Of a DNA stretch of 64,000 nucleotides, positions 62,807-64,000 are shown piece by piece. Made by a program: the position numbers and the translations under genes. The stretch is from NCBI RefSeq assembly GCF_009914755.1, contig NC_060943.1; one strand, given 5' to 3'. Source of the DNA: the human T2T-CHM13v2.0 reference genome, Homo sapiens. Every line of letters starts with the position of its first letter. The first letter of the stretch is position 1. Under the pieces are notes generated by a model, which searched no databases, was not told where the DNA came from, and saw only the letters and a program-made list of their open reading frames with translations.

Positions 62807-63251
62807 CCTTGAGAGAAATGTGCTCATTCAGCTTGAGTCCAGTGGAATGCAGGCGTAACTTCTACGAGTTTTCCTTGCCACGTGTGGTGGCCCACACCTG
62901 TAATCTCACCACTTTGGGAGGTCGAGGTGGACAGATCACTTGAGGTCAAGAGTTTGAAACTAGCATGGCCAACATGGTGAAACCACCTCTCTACTAAAAA
63001 TACAAAACAAAAGGCCAGGCGTGGTGGCTCACACCTGTAATCCCAGAAAATTGGAAGGCTTGGGCGGGTGGATCACAAGGTCAGGAGTTTGAGACCAGCC
63101 TGCCCTACATGGTGAAACCCCATCTCTACTAAAAATACAAAAGTTAGCTGGGCTCCTAGCTACTCGAGAGCCTGAGCCAGGAGAATCGCTTGAACCCGGG
63201 AGGCAGAGGTTGCAGTAAGCAGCTGAGATCGTGTCATTGCTCTCCAGCTTA

Positions 63252-63419
<168 letters not shown>

Positions 63420-64000
63420 TTATTTACAGGAAAAGTTTTCATGTAAATAATTAGAAAGACTAAGCAACCCCAGAGATAAGACCTCCTGAGATCATTGTCC
63501 CTTTTTATGGAGTGATAAAGTAACCTTCCTTGAAGTGTATCACTCTGTCACCAATCAACTTGCTGCAACCTATGCACTGGTCTTGAATGGAAAATGTGAT
63601 TGTCCTAAAGCTTCTGTCTTTCCCTGTGTGTGAAACCTAAACGTCTCTACTATGGAACGCTGATCCCATTCATTTGGAGTTGATGTTTGCCAGTGGCTAT
63701 CCTCATGCTTTGTGTTCAGATAAACTCTATATTTAATCATAAATTCTAAATTTTATTATTTACTGCTGACATCAGTTTCTGTCGGATTTTAGGAGCCTCA
63801 CTACAGAGGGCACCTGTCGCCATGTTGTAAAACTCACACTTGTCAAAAAAACATGGGTTAGGGTTTCTTCCCCTCCTCGGCATGAAGCTACTTAGCTGAC
63901 ACAGATGGTTACCTCCATTACCAAGTAGAGCCAGGATGAACTATGTGTGACCAAGGGTGTTGTCAAGTCCTCTTCCCTGAGGACTGATTAGTGTTTATCT

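Overview
Primate (almost certainly human) genomic DNA from a KRAB-C2H2 zinc-finger gene cluster. From memory of protein lengths, termini and gene order, this is chr19q13.41-42: ZNF765 3' half, TPM3P9/ZNF761, then sequence upstream of the next paralog (probably ZNF813). The window holds intron 3 and the zinc-finger exon of ZNF765 and the whole ZNF761 gene (CpG-island promoter, Alu-derived 5'UTR exon, ATG exon, KRAB-A exon, 19-finger exon; 746 aa spliced). It also holds RPL39 and TPM3 processed pseudogenes, a frameshifted V1R pseudogene, an antisense 5'-truncated ERV3/HERV15-like provirus, three HERV-K(HML-2) LTR5 solo LTRs, other LTRs, HSMAR2, MER1B, L1 fragments and dozens of Alus. The two ZNF units are segmental duplicates. 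I found no wholly new biological system. The most interesting signals are: (1) a composite TPM3P9 unit built from the ZNF761 promoter, a TSD-junction splice acceptor, a 92-aa retrocopy ORF and an LTR5 3' end; (2) an Alu exon creating an overlapping uORF; (3) a splice acceptor in the V1R pseudogene predicting a KRAB-only ZNF765 isoform; (4) a 357-bp perfect-identity conversion tract; (5) an intact RPL39 frame rescued by an Alu ATG. Gene and repeat names come from recall, not database searches, and repeat boundaries without TSDs are approximate.
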